Assembly (NCBI GenBank): GCA_028280485.1
Contig: JANQLS010000148.1
Span: 17,002-81,001 of the forward strand
Source: Planctomycetota bacterium
GTDB taxonomy: Bacteria > Planctomycetota > UBA8108 > JACQVS01
DNA: 64,000 bases
Reading direction: 5' to 3'
This document shows positions 1 to 9,019 of this stretch, in pieces. The number at the start of each line of letters is the position of its first letter. Within the stretch, counting starts at the first letter, position 1. A program made the position numbers and the translations under genes. The notes beneath the pieces were generated by a model. The model was not told the origin of the DNA and ran no database searches. It saw nothing but the letters and a program-made list of their open reading frames with translations.

Positions 1-749
1 AATTGACGTTCGTATCTCTTTTTCCTCATCACATCCCAGCCCTTGAGATACTTTCCTCGATAATTGGCGATATCATCGGGCAAAGCATGTAAGGGATAAT
101 GAGGAGCGGTGTAAGTTAAATGTAAAAAGAAGGGTCTCTTTTTTTCTACGTACTTTCCGATCGTTTCGATGGCGTGATCGGTAAATGCATCGGTTGTGTA
201 ATAGTCTTTCGGAAATTCTTTGACAGCCTTATCATTGTGACCAAAACTTCGAATCCTCCCCCCTTTGTACTTAGGATCCGGTTGCACGGGATTGAAAAAA
301 TTGGAACAACCGTCCAACAATCCATAGAACTCATCGAATCCTCGATGGAAAGGATGGGTATCTTTACCTTTTCCTAAGTGCCATTTCCCACTCAAAACCG
401 TCTGGTATCCGGCGAGTTTCAAGGCCTCACCCAAGGTCACCATATTGCGTCTCAGAAGACCTCCTTTCCCGCGACGTGGATAAAGACCAGTCACTAAACT
501 GGCTCGCGTCGTGGTGCATTTCGCATTGTTGTAAAACTGACGAAAGCGCAAACCTTCGGCTGCGAGTCGGTCTAAATGAGGAGTACGAACTTCACCTCCG
601 TAGCAACCGATATCGGACCAGCCCATGTCATCACACATGATGAGAATGATATTGGGGCGGCTTCCTTTAACATCGCTACCATCAGCCTGAAGGGAACCGA
701 GAGAAAAAGAGAAGCAGAGAAAGAAAACTAATCCTCGCAGAAGGGGCAT
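1..749 (-). CDS. Sulfatase, N-terminal part (gene runs off the window start); signal peptide, DDMGWSD metal site, atypical CTTTR in place of CxPxR
   Basis: Reverse-strand translation from ATG at 749: MPLLRGLVFFLCFSFSLGSLQA...RPNIILIMCDDMGWSDIGCYGG...QFYNNAKCTTTRASLVTGLYP...GKWHLG. Not in the ORF track because it is truncated by the window edge. Confidence 0.8.
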   Translation of the reverse strand, partial: MPLLRGLVFFLCFSFSLGSLQADGSDVKGSRPNIILIMCDDMGWSDIGCYGGEVRTPHLDRLAAEGLRFRQFYNNAKCTTTRASLVTGLYPRRGKGGLLRRNMVTLGEALKLAGYQTVLSGKWHLGKGKDTHPFHRGFDEFYGLLDGCSNFFNPVQPDPKYKGGRIRSFGHNDKAVKEFPKDYYTTDAFTDHAIETIGKYVEKKRPFFLHLTYTAPHYPLHALPDDIANYRGKYLKGWDVMRKKRYERQ

Positions 750-1108
750 CGGCGTTTTACTCCAGGACTTGAAAAAAATGAACTCGACAATTAACTAGCT
801 CGAAGCGCTAGCGAGGGGTCTTTCCATCAGACAAGTAAAACTCTTAAATTAGTGTATTCGGCTAAGAATTACGGTTTTAGTTCGGACGGCTCGAAGGTCG
901 AGCCTACCACTAGCGCTTCGGGCTAGTTAACGATCACAAATAAAGACTTGTTGGAACCATCTATTCTAAAACTAAATCAAAGATCATTTCCACCATTCAG
1001 CTCCCTGATCTCGATGGATTTGATACAATATTTAGCTCACTCTGAATGAACCTCGCAAAAACTTTAGTCCTACTTTTGTCTAAGTGTCAACCGTGACGAT
1101 CGCTTCAA

Positions 1109-2521
1109 TTGAAAGGCAAGGCAATGAATAAGCTTGTTCAAAACCTATTCTTTATTACGCTCCTCTCAACTCTCTTCAGTGTCAGTGATGCTGTTCAAGC
1201 CCATCCCCAAAAAGGCAAACCCAACTTCGTGGTGATCTTCGTCGACGATATGGGTTATGGAGATTTAGGCTGTTTCGGACACCCCACGATTCGAACGCCC
1301 GTACTGGACCGCCTCAGTGTTGAAGGTCAGCGCTGGACGAATTTTTACGTCGCAGCCAGCGTGTGCACTCCGAGTCGTGCGGGTTTGTTAACCGGTCGAC
1401 TCCCCGTACGAAGTGGGATGGCATCCAATCGAAGAAGAGTGCTGTTTCCCAACTCCAAAGGAGGCCTCCCTTCCTCAGAAATTACGATTGCGGAAGCCTT
1501 AAAGACGGTGGGTTATAAAACTGCCGCTATCGGGAAATGGCATTTGGGGCATTTGAAAAAATACCTTCCCCGCCAACACGGTTTCGATTCTTATTACGGA
1601 ATCCCCTATTCCAATGATATGGATTTTGTTCGAGGCTCCCCTCGTTACAAAAAAGATGAATCGGAATCCAAGAGCGAATACTACAACGTTCCTTTAATTA
1701 GAAACGAAGAAGTCATCGAGCGCCCGGCGAACCAAAAAACGATCGTCAAACGCTTTACTGAAGAAGCCGTTCGCTTGATCGGTGAGTACAAAGAAGAGCC
1801 TTTCTTTATTTACTTAGCTCACAACTTGCCTCACATTCCCCTGTTCCGCTCAAAAGAATTTGAAGGTAAAAGCCAACGAGGAATCTACGGTGATGTGATC
1901 GAAGAGATCGATTGGAGCGTAGGTGAAGTCGTTCGGGCTCTCAAGAAGAATAAAGTCGATCAAAATACGGTTTTGATCTTCACCTCTGATAACGGTCCTT
2001 GGCACATATTTAATACTCACGGTGGATCTGCCGGATTGTTACGGGGCGCTAAAGGAGGGACCTTTGAAGGTGGCATGCGAGAACCTACCGTCATCTGGGG
2101 ACCGGGAATCGTGAAACCCGGAGTCGTCACCGAAATGGGTGCCACTTTAGACCTGCTGCCAACCTTCTGCTCCTTAGCCGGGGCCAAAGTACCCACCGAC
2201 CGCATCTTAGATGGAGGCGATCTTTCCCCTGTCTTCAAAGGCAAAGGGGTGAGCCCCCGAAAAACCGTATTTTTCTATCGTGGCACTGACATTTTTGCCG
2301 TGAGACACGGGGCCTTCAAAGCTCACTTTAAGACTCGACCCGAATACGGGCGGTCGAAAATCACCGAGCATAATCCTCCCCTCCTCTACAATTTAGATCA
2401 CGATCCCTCAGAGAAATACGACCTCAGTAAAAAGCATCCAGAAGTGATCGAATCCCTGAAGAAGATCGTCGAAGAGCACCGGAAAGGGGTAAAGGAAGTC
2501 CCAAATCAACTGGAACTCTAA
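1109..2521 (+). CDS. Arylsulfatase-family formylglycine-dependent sulfatase (secreted)
   Basis: 470 aa with signal peptide, FVDDMGYGDLGCFG, canonical CTPSRAGLLTGR FGly motif, GKWHLG and SDNGP. Confidence 0.9.
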   Translation: MKGKAMNKLVQNLFFITLLSTLFSVSDAVQAHPQKGKPNFVVIFVDDMGYGDLGCFGHPTIRTPVLDRLSVEGQRWTNFYVAASVCTPSRAGLLTGRLPVRSGMASNRRRVLFPNSKGGLPSSEITIAEALKTVGYKTAAIGKWHLGHLKKYLPRQHGFDSYYGIPYSNDMDFVRGSPRYKKDESESKSEYYNVPLIRNEEVIERPANQKTIVKRFTEEAVRLIGEYKEEPFFIYLAHNLPHIPLFRSKEFEGKSQRGIYGDVIEEIDWSVGEVVRALKKNKVDQNTVLIFTSDNGPWHIFNTHGGSAGLLRGAKGGTFEGGMREPTVIWGPGIVKPGVVTEMGATLDLLPTFCSLAGAKVPTDRILDGGDLSPVFKGKGVSPRKTVFFYRGTDIFAVRHGAFKAHFKTRPEYGRSKITEHNPPLLYNLDHDPSEKYDLSKKHPEVIESLKKIVEEHRKGVKEVPNQLEL

Positions 2522-2715
2522 GCCAAGCTCTTGGAATCTCAGGCCTCAAGAGGTTAAACTGATAGTTTCTGTCGATGACGAGGCGCTTCATTGGGTCCCC
2601 CTGAACACTTTAAAAACGTTGAGAAACGTTGAGAAAATCTGTGTTCCCTTTTTCCAATGAAAAAATACAGCCAAAGATTCATGAATAACTTAGAGAGAAG
2701 GAAGTCTTAACGAAT

Positions 2716-3765
2716 ATGAAAACACTCTACAAATCAATCGCTTTACTGTTCATCTTTTCGATGGGCATGGGAACTGTCTTGGCCGACCACCACAAAAGCC
2801 TGTGGAACGACTACAAAGGTAAAGCCGGTCCCGGCAAAGGTAAAAAAATCGTTTTGGTTTCTGGCGATGAAGAGTATCGCTCAGAAGAAGCCCTTCCTCT
2901 ACTTGGAAAAATCTTAACGAAACACCACGGTTTCGATTGTCGAGTCGTCTACGCTATCGATGCGGATACAGGTTACGTCAATCCTAACAATCGAGGAAAC
3001 ATCCCCGGCTTAGAAGCTCTCAAAGACGCTGACTTGATGATCATCGCCACTCGCTTCCGTACCCTGAAAGATGAACAGATGCAACATATCGACGACTACC
3101 TCAAAAGAGGTGGTCCCGTCGTCGGAATGCGAACTGCAACTCACGCTTTTAACTTTAATGGTAAGAGTAAATGGCATCACTACAGCAATGGTTACGGTGG
3201 CCCGAAAAAAGGCTGGAAGGGTGGCTTCGGTGGTTCCATTTTGGGTGATTTCTGGAAAAACCACCACGGCCGTCACGGTGGCGAAAGCACTCGCGGGATC
3301 ATCCATAAAGACTTTAAAGACCACCCCATCACCCGCGGAATCACTGAAGGTAGTATTTGGGGCCCCAGCGATGTCTACGGCGTCCGCCTTCCCCTCCCTA
3401 AAGACACCAAAACCATCATTATGGGACAAGTTCTCAAGGGCATGAAAAAAGATGACCCACCTTCCGAACGAGGTAATGTCAACAGCCCCATGATGCCGTT
3501 AGGTTGGACCAAGAGTTATCAAACTCCTGATGGGAAAAAAGGAAAAGTCTTCACCACAACTTTAGGTGCCTCCACCGACTTAGTCGCTGAAGGAAGCCGA
3601 CGCATGATCGTCAACGCCGTTTACCACCTCTTGGGTATGGAAGTTCCTAAGTCAGGGACTAAGGTCGACATCGTCGGTAAATTCAAGCCTACCAAGTTCT
3701 CTTTCAAACCTAAAGATTACTGGCCAAAACTTAAGATTCGCCCTTCACAAAACAAAATGGACTAA
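2716..3765 (+). CDS. Secreted ThuA-like (class-I glutamine-amidotransferase-like fold) protein
   Basis: 349 aa with signal peptide; GKKIVLVSGDEEY...DLMIIATRF...GGPVVGMRTATHAF resembles the ThuA/trehalose-utilisation family common in PVC genomes. Assignment from motif memory only. Confidence 0.5.
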   Translation: MKTLYKSIALLFIFSMGMGTVLADHHKSLWNDYKGKAGPGKGKKIVLVSGDEEYRSEEALPLLGKILTKHHGFDCRVVYAIDADTGYVNPNNRGNIPGLEALKDADLMIIATRFRTLKDEQMQHIDDYLKRGGPVVGMRTATHAFNFNGKSKWHHYSNGYGGPKKGWKGGFGGSILGDFWKNHHGRHGGESTRGIIHKDFKDHPITRGITEGSIWGPSDVYGVRLPLPKDTKTIIMGQVLKGMKKDDPPSERGNVNSPMMPLGWTKSYQTPDGKKGKVFTTTLGASTDLVAEGSRRMIVNAVYHLLGMEVPKSGTKVDIVGKFKPTKFSFKPKDYWPKLKIRPSQNKMD

Positions 3766-3812
3766 TCGATCTCCATTCAGTTCGACTTTACAATTTCGAA
3801 TTTAAGGGCAAT

Positions 3813-3850
3813 AAAAAAAGCGCATGGATCAAAGATCCATGCGCTTTTTT
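3813..3850. terminator. Bidirectional rho-independent terminator between convergent genes
   Basis: aaaaaaa-GCGCATGGATC-aaa-GATCCATGCGC-tttttt: perfect 11-bp stem, 3-nt loop, A-run upstream and T-run downstream. Confidence 0.8.
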
Positions 3851-3869
3851 AAATTCTACTTAAAACGAC

Positions 3870-5258
3870 TCAAGCGATAATCTCAGGTTCCACTCGACCG
3901 TGAATATCGGTCAGTCGGAAATCTCGTCCGGAATACCGATAGGTTAGTTTTTCGTGATCGATGCCTAAGAGGTGCAAGATCGTCGCATGAAGATCGTGAA
4001 CATGCATCCGGTTTTCGACAGCGTGCATGCCGACCTCATCGGTTGCTCCGTGCATGTAGCCCCCACGAGTTCCACCTCCGGCTAAGAACATAGAGAAACC
4101 CGTGTTGTGGTGATCACGGCCCATCTTCTTTTTATTCTTGTTGGACTGGGAGTAAGGAGTTCGGCCGAACTCTCCTCCCCAAACAACAAGAGTATCTTCC
4201 AACAAACCTCGTTGCTTCAAATCCTGGAGCAAGGCGGCAGTCGCTTGATCACTGTCTTTACAAAGCTTTCGGTGCCCGTTGTCGTTATTGTTGTGAGTAT
4301 CCCAAGGTTGCTTCCCTGATTTCGTCACGTAGTAAGCGGTGACGAAGCGAACGCCCCGTTCTACGAGCCTTCGAGCCAGCAAGCAGGATTGCCCGAAGGG
4401 AGATCTGCCGTAATCATTTCGAACCTCTTCGGATTCTAAGCTGAGGTCGAAAGCTTCACTGGCTTCGAGTTGCATCGCTGAAGCCACTTCCAAAGCCCGA
4501 ATTTGAGCTTCTAAGCTTCGCTCGTGAGCGTGTTTTTTCTGGTGAATGCGATCTAACTTTGTCAACAGATCAAGTTGAGCATCCTCTGCCCCTCTCGGAA
4601 TGGAAGGATGTTTGAGATGCGGAACTAACTTGTCGACATCCAATTGGTTCGTATCCACCGACAAACCTTGGTGTTCACCCGGCAAAAAGCCACAAGACCA
4701 AAGCTGAGGCCCCACGACGGGTCGACCGGGTGAGATCGCCACGTAAGAAGGTAAGTTCTTATTCTCAGTTCCCAATCCATAAGAAACCCAAGACCCCAAG
4801 CTGGGTCTCACGGGTTGTTGATTTCCGGAGTGCATCAAGAGCAAACCCGGTTCGTGGTTGGGAGTATCGGTGTGCATCGAACGCAACACACAAAGATCGT
4901 CGGCGAGCTTGGAAAGATGAGGGAAGAGCTCACTCATCACAACCCCGTTCGAGCCATGAGCTGCGAACTTAAACGGCGAAGGCATAAAACCGGTGGTTTT
5001 ATTCTTGGCCTTACCGGGATTCTTCCCTTCGTACTTTTTGAGAGCGGGCTTGGGGTCGAAGGTATCGACATGAGATGGAGCGCCGTTCATGAAGAGAAAG
5101 ATAACTCTTTTTGCCTTCGGACGGCCGACGAGGTAACTCTCGGAAGCTTGAGCTTCACTGAGGGCGGCGGCTAAGCCCACCATTCCCATCCCAGCGCTCG
5201 TGGATTTCAGCCAGCGTCGACGGGAAATTTTAGATTGAAGCAGAGAATCGTAGTTCAT
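3870..5258 (-). CDS. DUF1501 family protein (sulfatase/alkaline-phosphatase-like fold) with Tat signal
   Basis: 462 aa; SRRRWLKSTSAGMGMVGLAAA twin-arginine signal; conserved DUF1501 body (DTHxNN, WGGEFGRTP); downstream partner of the PSD1 gene. Confidence 0.85.
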   Translation of the reverse strand: MNYDSLLQSKISRRRWLKSTSAGMGMVGLAAALSEAQASESYLVGRPKAKRVIFLFMNGAPSHVDTFDPKPALKKYEGKNPGKAKNKTTGFMPSPFKFAAHGSNGVVMSELFPHLSKLADDLCVLRSMHTDTPNHEPGLLLMHSGNQQPVRPSLGSWVSYGLGTENKNLPSYVAISPGRPVVGPQLWSCGFLPGEHQGLSVDTNQLDVDKLVPHLKHPSIPRGAEDAQLDLLTKLDRIHQKKHAHERSLEAQIRALEVASAMQLEASEAFDLSLESEEVRNDYGRSPFGQSCLLARRLVERGVRFVTAYYVTKSGKQPWDTHNNNDNGHRKLCKDSDQATAALLQDLKQRGLLEDTLVVWGGEFGRTPYSQSNKNKKKMGRDHHNTGFSMFLAGGGTRGGYMHGATDEVGMHAVENRMHVHDLHATILHLLGIDHEKLTYRYSGRDFRLTDIHGRVEPEIIA

Positions 5259-5455
5259 TCTCGATACACGGGGGTAAAGTCATCGTTTGCGCGCGATTGA
5301 CAGTTTGGACGCGTAGCAAATCTCGCCGTAGCAAATCTCGAAATAGCAAATCTCGCCAGAGATTTGACGACGGATTCCAAGCCCTAAATGTAACAACCAA
5401 AACACCTTCGGAGCAAGCATTCCTTACTCCACAAGCAGATTTTCTTTCCCACCTC

Positions 5456-7579
5456 CTAATCCAAATAAAGCATTTCGTTCGACGCCAAGAGCGCGTGAGC
5501 GTACTCCACCCGGAAATCTCTTTTTGTATCCCCTGATTTTTGACTGAGATACTCGATTCCCAGCTTCAGCTCAGCTGGGACTGGCTTACGCTGGAATAAA
5601 TGCTGATAAATCGCCTGTACGTAACTCTCAGCAGTGGCTTTTTCCTTTAATTTATTCGCCAAAGCCTTGGCTTGCTCCACCATAAAGGGGCTATTTAGGC
5701 TAAAGAGTTTTTGAAGCGGAGTGGTGGTCTCCACTCGTCGAGCAGCGTGGATATTCGGATCAGGGAAGTCATAAAGAGCCAACAGCTTGTTCAACTGGAA
5801 TCGACTCACCTTGGCGTAAATGGTTCGGCGACGGGATTGAGGATTATCGATTTCAACCGACGGCCCCCCCAACTTCTCTTCTAATCCTCGACTCACCATC
5901 AATATGGAATCCCGCCAAGTCTCGATCGATCTTCGTCGAAGATGTGCTCTTCCCAGCCAACGGTTTTCAGGATCGAGCTCAACGTAAGATTTTTCGGTTT
6001 GATTCGACTGTTTAAACGTCTTCGACAAAACCAATTCTCGAAGAAACTTTTTAAACGACCAACCGTTCTTTTGAAACTTAGTAGCGAGGTGATCGAGTAA
6101 CTCGGGGTGGCTTGGCTTTTCGCCTAACACTCCAAAGTTACTCGGAGTGCCCACGATGGGTTTTCCAAAAGCCCAAGCCCAAAGTCGATTCACGATGACA
6201 CGCGAAGTTAAGGGATTCTTGGGATCTAAAATGGCCTCGGCAAGTTCTTGTCGGCCACTTCCTTTAGTGAAGGCTTTTTCTTCACTACCTCCCAGGATAC
6301 TCAAGAAACGACGCTTCGCGAGCTCACCTAAATTTTTGTGGTCACCGCGAATATAAACTTTTAAATCTGTCGGTCGGCCCTCTTGAATGATGTGCATCGC
6401 CCCACCCGGAGACTTACTCTTGGACTTGTCTGTTTTAGAATCCGTTTCTAAGGGCCTGTTGTACATTTTGACACTCGCGTAAACTCCAGCGAGTGCGTAG
6501 TAATCTTTAGAAGTGATCGGATCAAACTTATGATCGTGACAGCGGGCACAAGCAACCGTAAGCCCCAATAAACCTCGAGACAAAGTATCGATTCGGTCTT
6601 CCCACTCATCGGCTTTGACGACGGGATTGTTTCGGTTGTAGTACTTTGGCCCCAAGCCCATAAAACCCAATGCCGCTAAATCCTTTTTATTATCGGGTTC
6701 GATCAAATCTACAGCTAATTGAAGCCGAAGGAAACGATCGTAGGGAAGGTCCCGATTTAAGGCCTCGATGACCCAATCTCGATAAATATAAGCATTGGGG
6801 AAGAAGAGCGATTTGTTATTCCCGACGATATGAGCTTGGTCTTCGGCGTAACGGGAAAGATCCAACCAAAGTCGAGTGATATGTTCACCGTAACGCGGCG
6901 AGCTCAATAATTTATCGACCAGCACTTCGTAAGCCTTTTCAGAGGGATCATTCACGAAGGCTTCAACTTCTTCCGGAGTCGGTAAGAGCCCCGTCAAGAC
7001 CGAAGTCACCCGCCGAATTAAGGTGCGGCGATCGGCTTCTTTGCTGGGCTTAATCCCCTCTTTTTCTAAGCGAGCCAAAATGAAATGATCGAGATCACTC
7101 TTCGGCCAAGGTTTCAATCTTACGGAAGGAAGAGGAGGATCTTGAATCGCTTGAAAAGCCCAGTGATCTTTTCCGTCTGGCTTTTTACTTAGCTTCGCTT
7201 CGAGCTTTTTCGTTCGCGGATCCGGGGCCCCCATCGAGATCCACTTTTCGAAGTTTTCGATCACTTCATCTGAGAGCTTTTGCTTCGGCGGCATCTCCGG
7301 CCCCTTGTACTTCAATGCCGCTAAAATCTTACTTTTATCCGGATTTCCGGGAACGACGGCGGGATGACCCGAGTCCCCTCCTCTAAGCATGCCTGCTTTT
7401 AAATCTAAGCGTAATCCACTTCGAAGCTTCTTCGCTTGATCGGAGTGACACGAATAGCATTGCTCAACTAACACCGGGCGAATTTTTCGCTCAAAGAAAT
7501 CTACCCCTTTTTCGGGGTTGTTCTCTAGGCCTGGAGATCCCGTTTGAAGGATAGTCAGCAGCAAGAGGTAAGAGGTCAA
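5456..7579 (-). CDS. PSD1-type protein: Planctomycete cytochrome c (PSCyt) + DUF1549 + DUF1553
   Basis: 707 aa; CYSCHSD and CARCHDHKFDPI CxxCH motifs; typical DUF1549/DUF1553 architecture directly upstream of DUF1501. Confidence 0.85.
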   Translation of the reverse strand: MTSYLLLLTILQTGSPGLENNPEKGVDFFERKIRPVLVEQCYSCHSDQAKKLRSGLRLDLKAGMLRGGDSGHPAVVPGNPDKSKILAALKYKGPEMPPKQKLSDEVIENFEKWISMGAPDPRTKKLEAKLSKKPDGKDHWAFQAIQDPPLPSVRLKPWPKSDLDHFILARLEKEGIKPSKEADRRTLIRRVTSVLTGLLPTPEEVEAFVNDPSEKAYEVLVDKLLSSPRYGEHITRLWLDLSRYAEDQAHIVGNNKSLFFPNAYIYRDWVIEALNRDLPYDRFLRLQLAVDLIEPDNKKDLAALGFMGLGPKYYNRNNPVVKADEWEDRIDTLSRGLLGLTVACARCHDHKFDPITSKDYYALAGVYASVKMYNRPLETDSKTDKSKSKSPGGAMHIIQEGRPTDLKVYIRGDHKNLGELAKRRFLSILGGSEEKAFTKGSGRQELAEAILDPKNPLTSRVIVNRLWAWAFGKPIVGTPSNFGVLGEKPSHPELLDHLATKFQKNGWSFKKFLRELVLSKTFKQSNQTEKSYVELDPENRWLGRAHLRRRSIETWRDSILMVSRGLEEKLGGPSVEIDNPQSRRRTIYAKVSRFQLNKLLALYDFPDPNIHAARRVETTTPLQKLFSLNSPFMVEQAKALANKLKEKATAESYVQAIYQHLFQRKPVPAELKLGIEYLSQKSGDTKRDFRVEYAHALLASNEMLYLD

Positions 7580-7713
7580 AGTGAGCTCCTTTTAAGAAAG
7601 TTCGAGTATTAGACGTTGATCCGAACCAGGGTATTATCGAAAATACATAGATTCTGAAAGATTGTATTCTACCCGAAAACGAATTGACCTAAAACGATTA
7701 GAGAAGCCGAATA

Positions 7714-8982
7714 ATGAAGGATGGCCCCATGCGAATTCTGAATGCTTCAATCACTGGTATGATCCTCGCTTGTTTCTTTACCAACTCAAGCCTCCATGGT
7801 GAAGAATGGAACCAATTTCGCGGCCCTGGGGGTCAAGGTGCAAGCTCTGCTAAAAACCTGCCCGTAAAATGGGATAATAACTCCAACATTGCCTGGAAGA
7901 GAAAACTCCCTGGTGCGGGCGCTTCGAGCCCAATTTCTCTGAATGGAAAACTCTACTTGACCTGTTACAGCGGGTACGGGACTTATCCTGAAACTCGAGG
8001 CACACTCGAGAAGCTGACCCTCCATTTGGTTTGTGTCGATGCGAAGTCGACTAAGATCGTCTTTGATAAAAAAATTCCTCCCGCTCAACCGGAATCGAAA
8101 CGAGTCCGAGATCATGGCTACGCCGCTCCCACTCCAACGACGGACGGAAAGCATTTGTTCGTCTTCTTCGGGAAGAGCGGAGTCTTCAAATTTGATTTAG
8201 AGGGAAATCAAATTTGGAAAACCTCTGTCGGCACCCAAACTCACGGCTGGGGCTGCGGAACTTCTCCCGTTCTTTACAAAGATATCGTCATCGTCAATGC
8301 CAGCGTCGAGAGCGGAGAGTTAGTCGGTATCGATAAAAAAAGTGGCGATGTCAAATGGAGACAAGAAGGCATACGTCGTGCTTGGAACACTCCCCACATC
8401 GTGAAATTAGAAAACGGTAAATCAGAAGTCGTCGTTAGTGTTCAAGGTAAAGTTCTCGCCTTCGATCCCGAAAGCGGAAAGAAGCTTTGGGAGTGTTACG
8501 GCATTCAAGATTACGTTTGCCCCAGTATCATTTCAAAAGACGGCATCGTTTACGCCATCGGCGGTCGTAAATCTCAAGCGATTGCAATCAAAGCTGGTGG
8601 GAGCGGCGATGTCACTGAAACCCACCGAAAGTGGGTTGCCAATGCCGGGGCCAATGTTTCAAGCCCCATCATTCACGACGGTCACTTGTATTGGGTCAGC
8701 GATCGAAATCGTACCGCCTATTGCTTGAAACTCTCAAACGGCGAAGTCGTTACGAAAAGACGGTTTCCCGCCCAGCCCTACGCCTCAGCCCTCTTCGGAG
8801 ACGGCAAAGTTTACATCGTCACTCGAAGTAGTGGAACCTACGTTTTAGAGGCAAAACCCGACTTTCCCATCCTTTCCCACAATGATATCGACGATGGAAG
8901 CACTTTCAATGCGAGCCCCATCGTAGCGGATGGTAAACTTTACTTACGAAGTGATAGTTACCTTTACTGTATCGGAAAATAA
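7714..8982 (+). CDS. Secreted PQQ-like beta-propeller repeat protein (BamB-like fold)
   Basis: 422 aa; signal peptide; WNQFRGPGGQG...WKRKLPGAGASSPI repeated W/G blade motifs; paralogous to 45560..46834 and 53870..55177. Confidence 0.75.
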   Translation: MKDGPMRILNASITGMILACFFTNSSLHGEEWNQFRGPGGQGASSAKNLPVKWDNNSNIAWKRKLPGAGASSPISLNGKLYLTCYSGYGTYPETRGTLEKLTLHLVCVDAKSTKIVFDKKIPPAQPESKRVRDHGYAAPTPTTDGKHLFVFFGKSGVFKFDLEGNQIWKTSVGTQTHGWGCGTSPVLYKDIVIVNASVESGELVGIDKKSGDVKWRQEGIRRAWNTPHIVKLENGKSEVVVSVQGKVLAFDPESGKKLWECYGIQDYVCPSIISKDGIVYAIGGRKSQAIAIKAGGSGDVTETHRKWVANAGANVSSPIIHDGHLYWVSDRNRTAYCLKLSNGEVVTKRRFPAQPYASALFGDGKVYIVTRSSGTYVLEAKPDFPILSHNDIDDGSTFNASPIVADGKLYLRSDSYLYCIGK

Positions 8983-9019
8983 GCCCGATTCTCACTGAAG
9001 TTTAAAACGATTCTCTCGG

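Noticed and set aside
146-377. ORFs 146..334(-) and 174..377(+)
   Set aside because: Both fall inside the partial sulfatase gene (1..749, minus). That frame gives a coherent sulfatase sequence. These are off-frame artefacts.
2017-2244. Short antisense ORFs embedded in long genes (2017..2244-, 3010..3429-, 3071..3445+, 4107..4319+, 6147..6356+, 19520..20105, 22899..23182, 40177..42477 and similar)
   Set aside because: Each lies wholly inside a longer, well-supported CDS on the other strand or in another frame. None has recognisable domains. They are typical six-frame artefacts.
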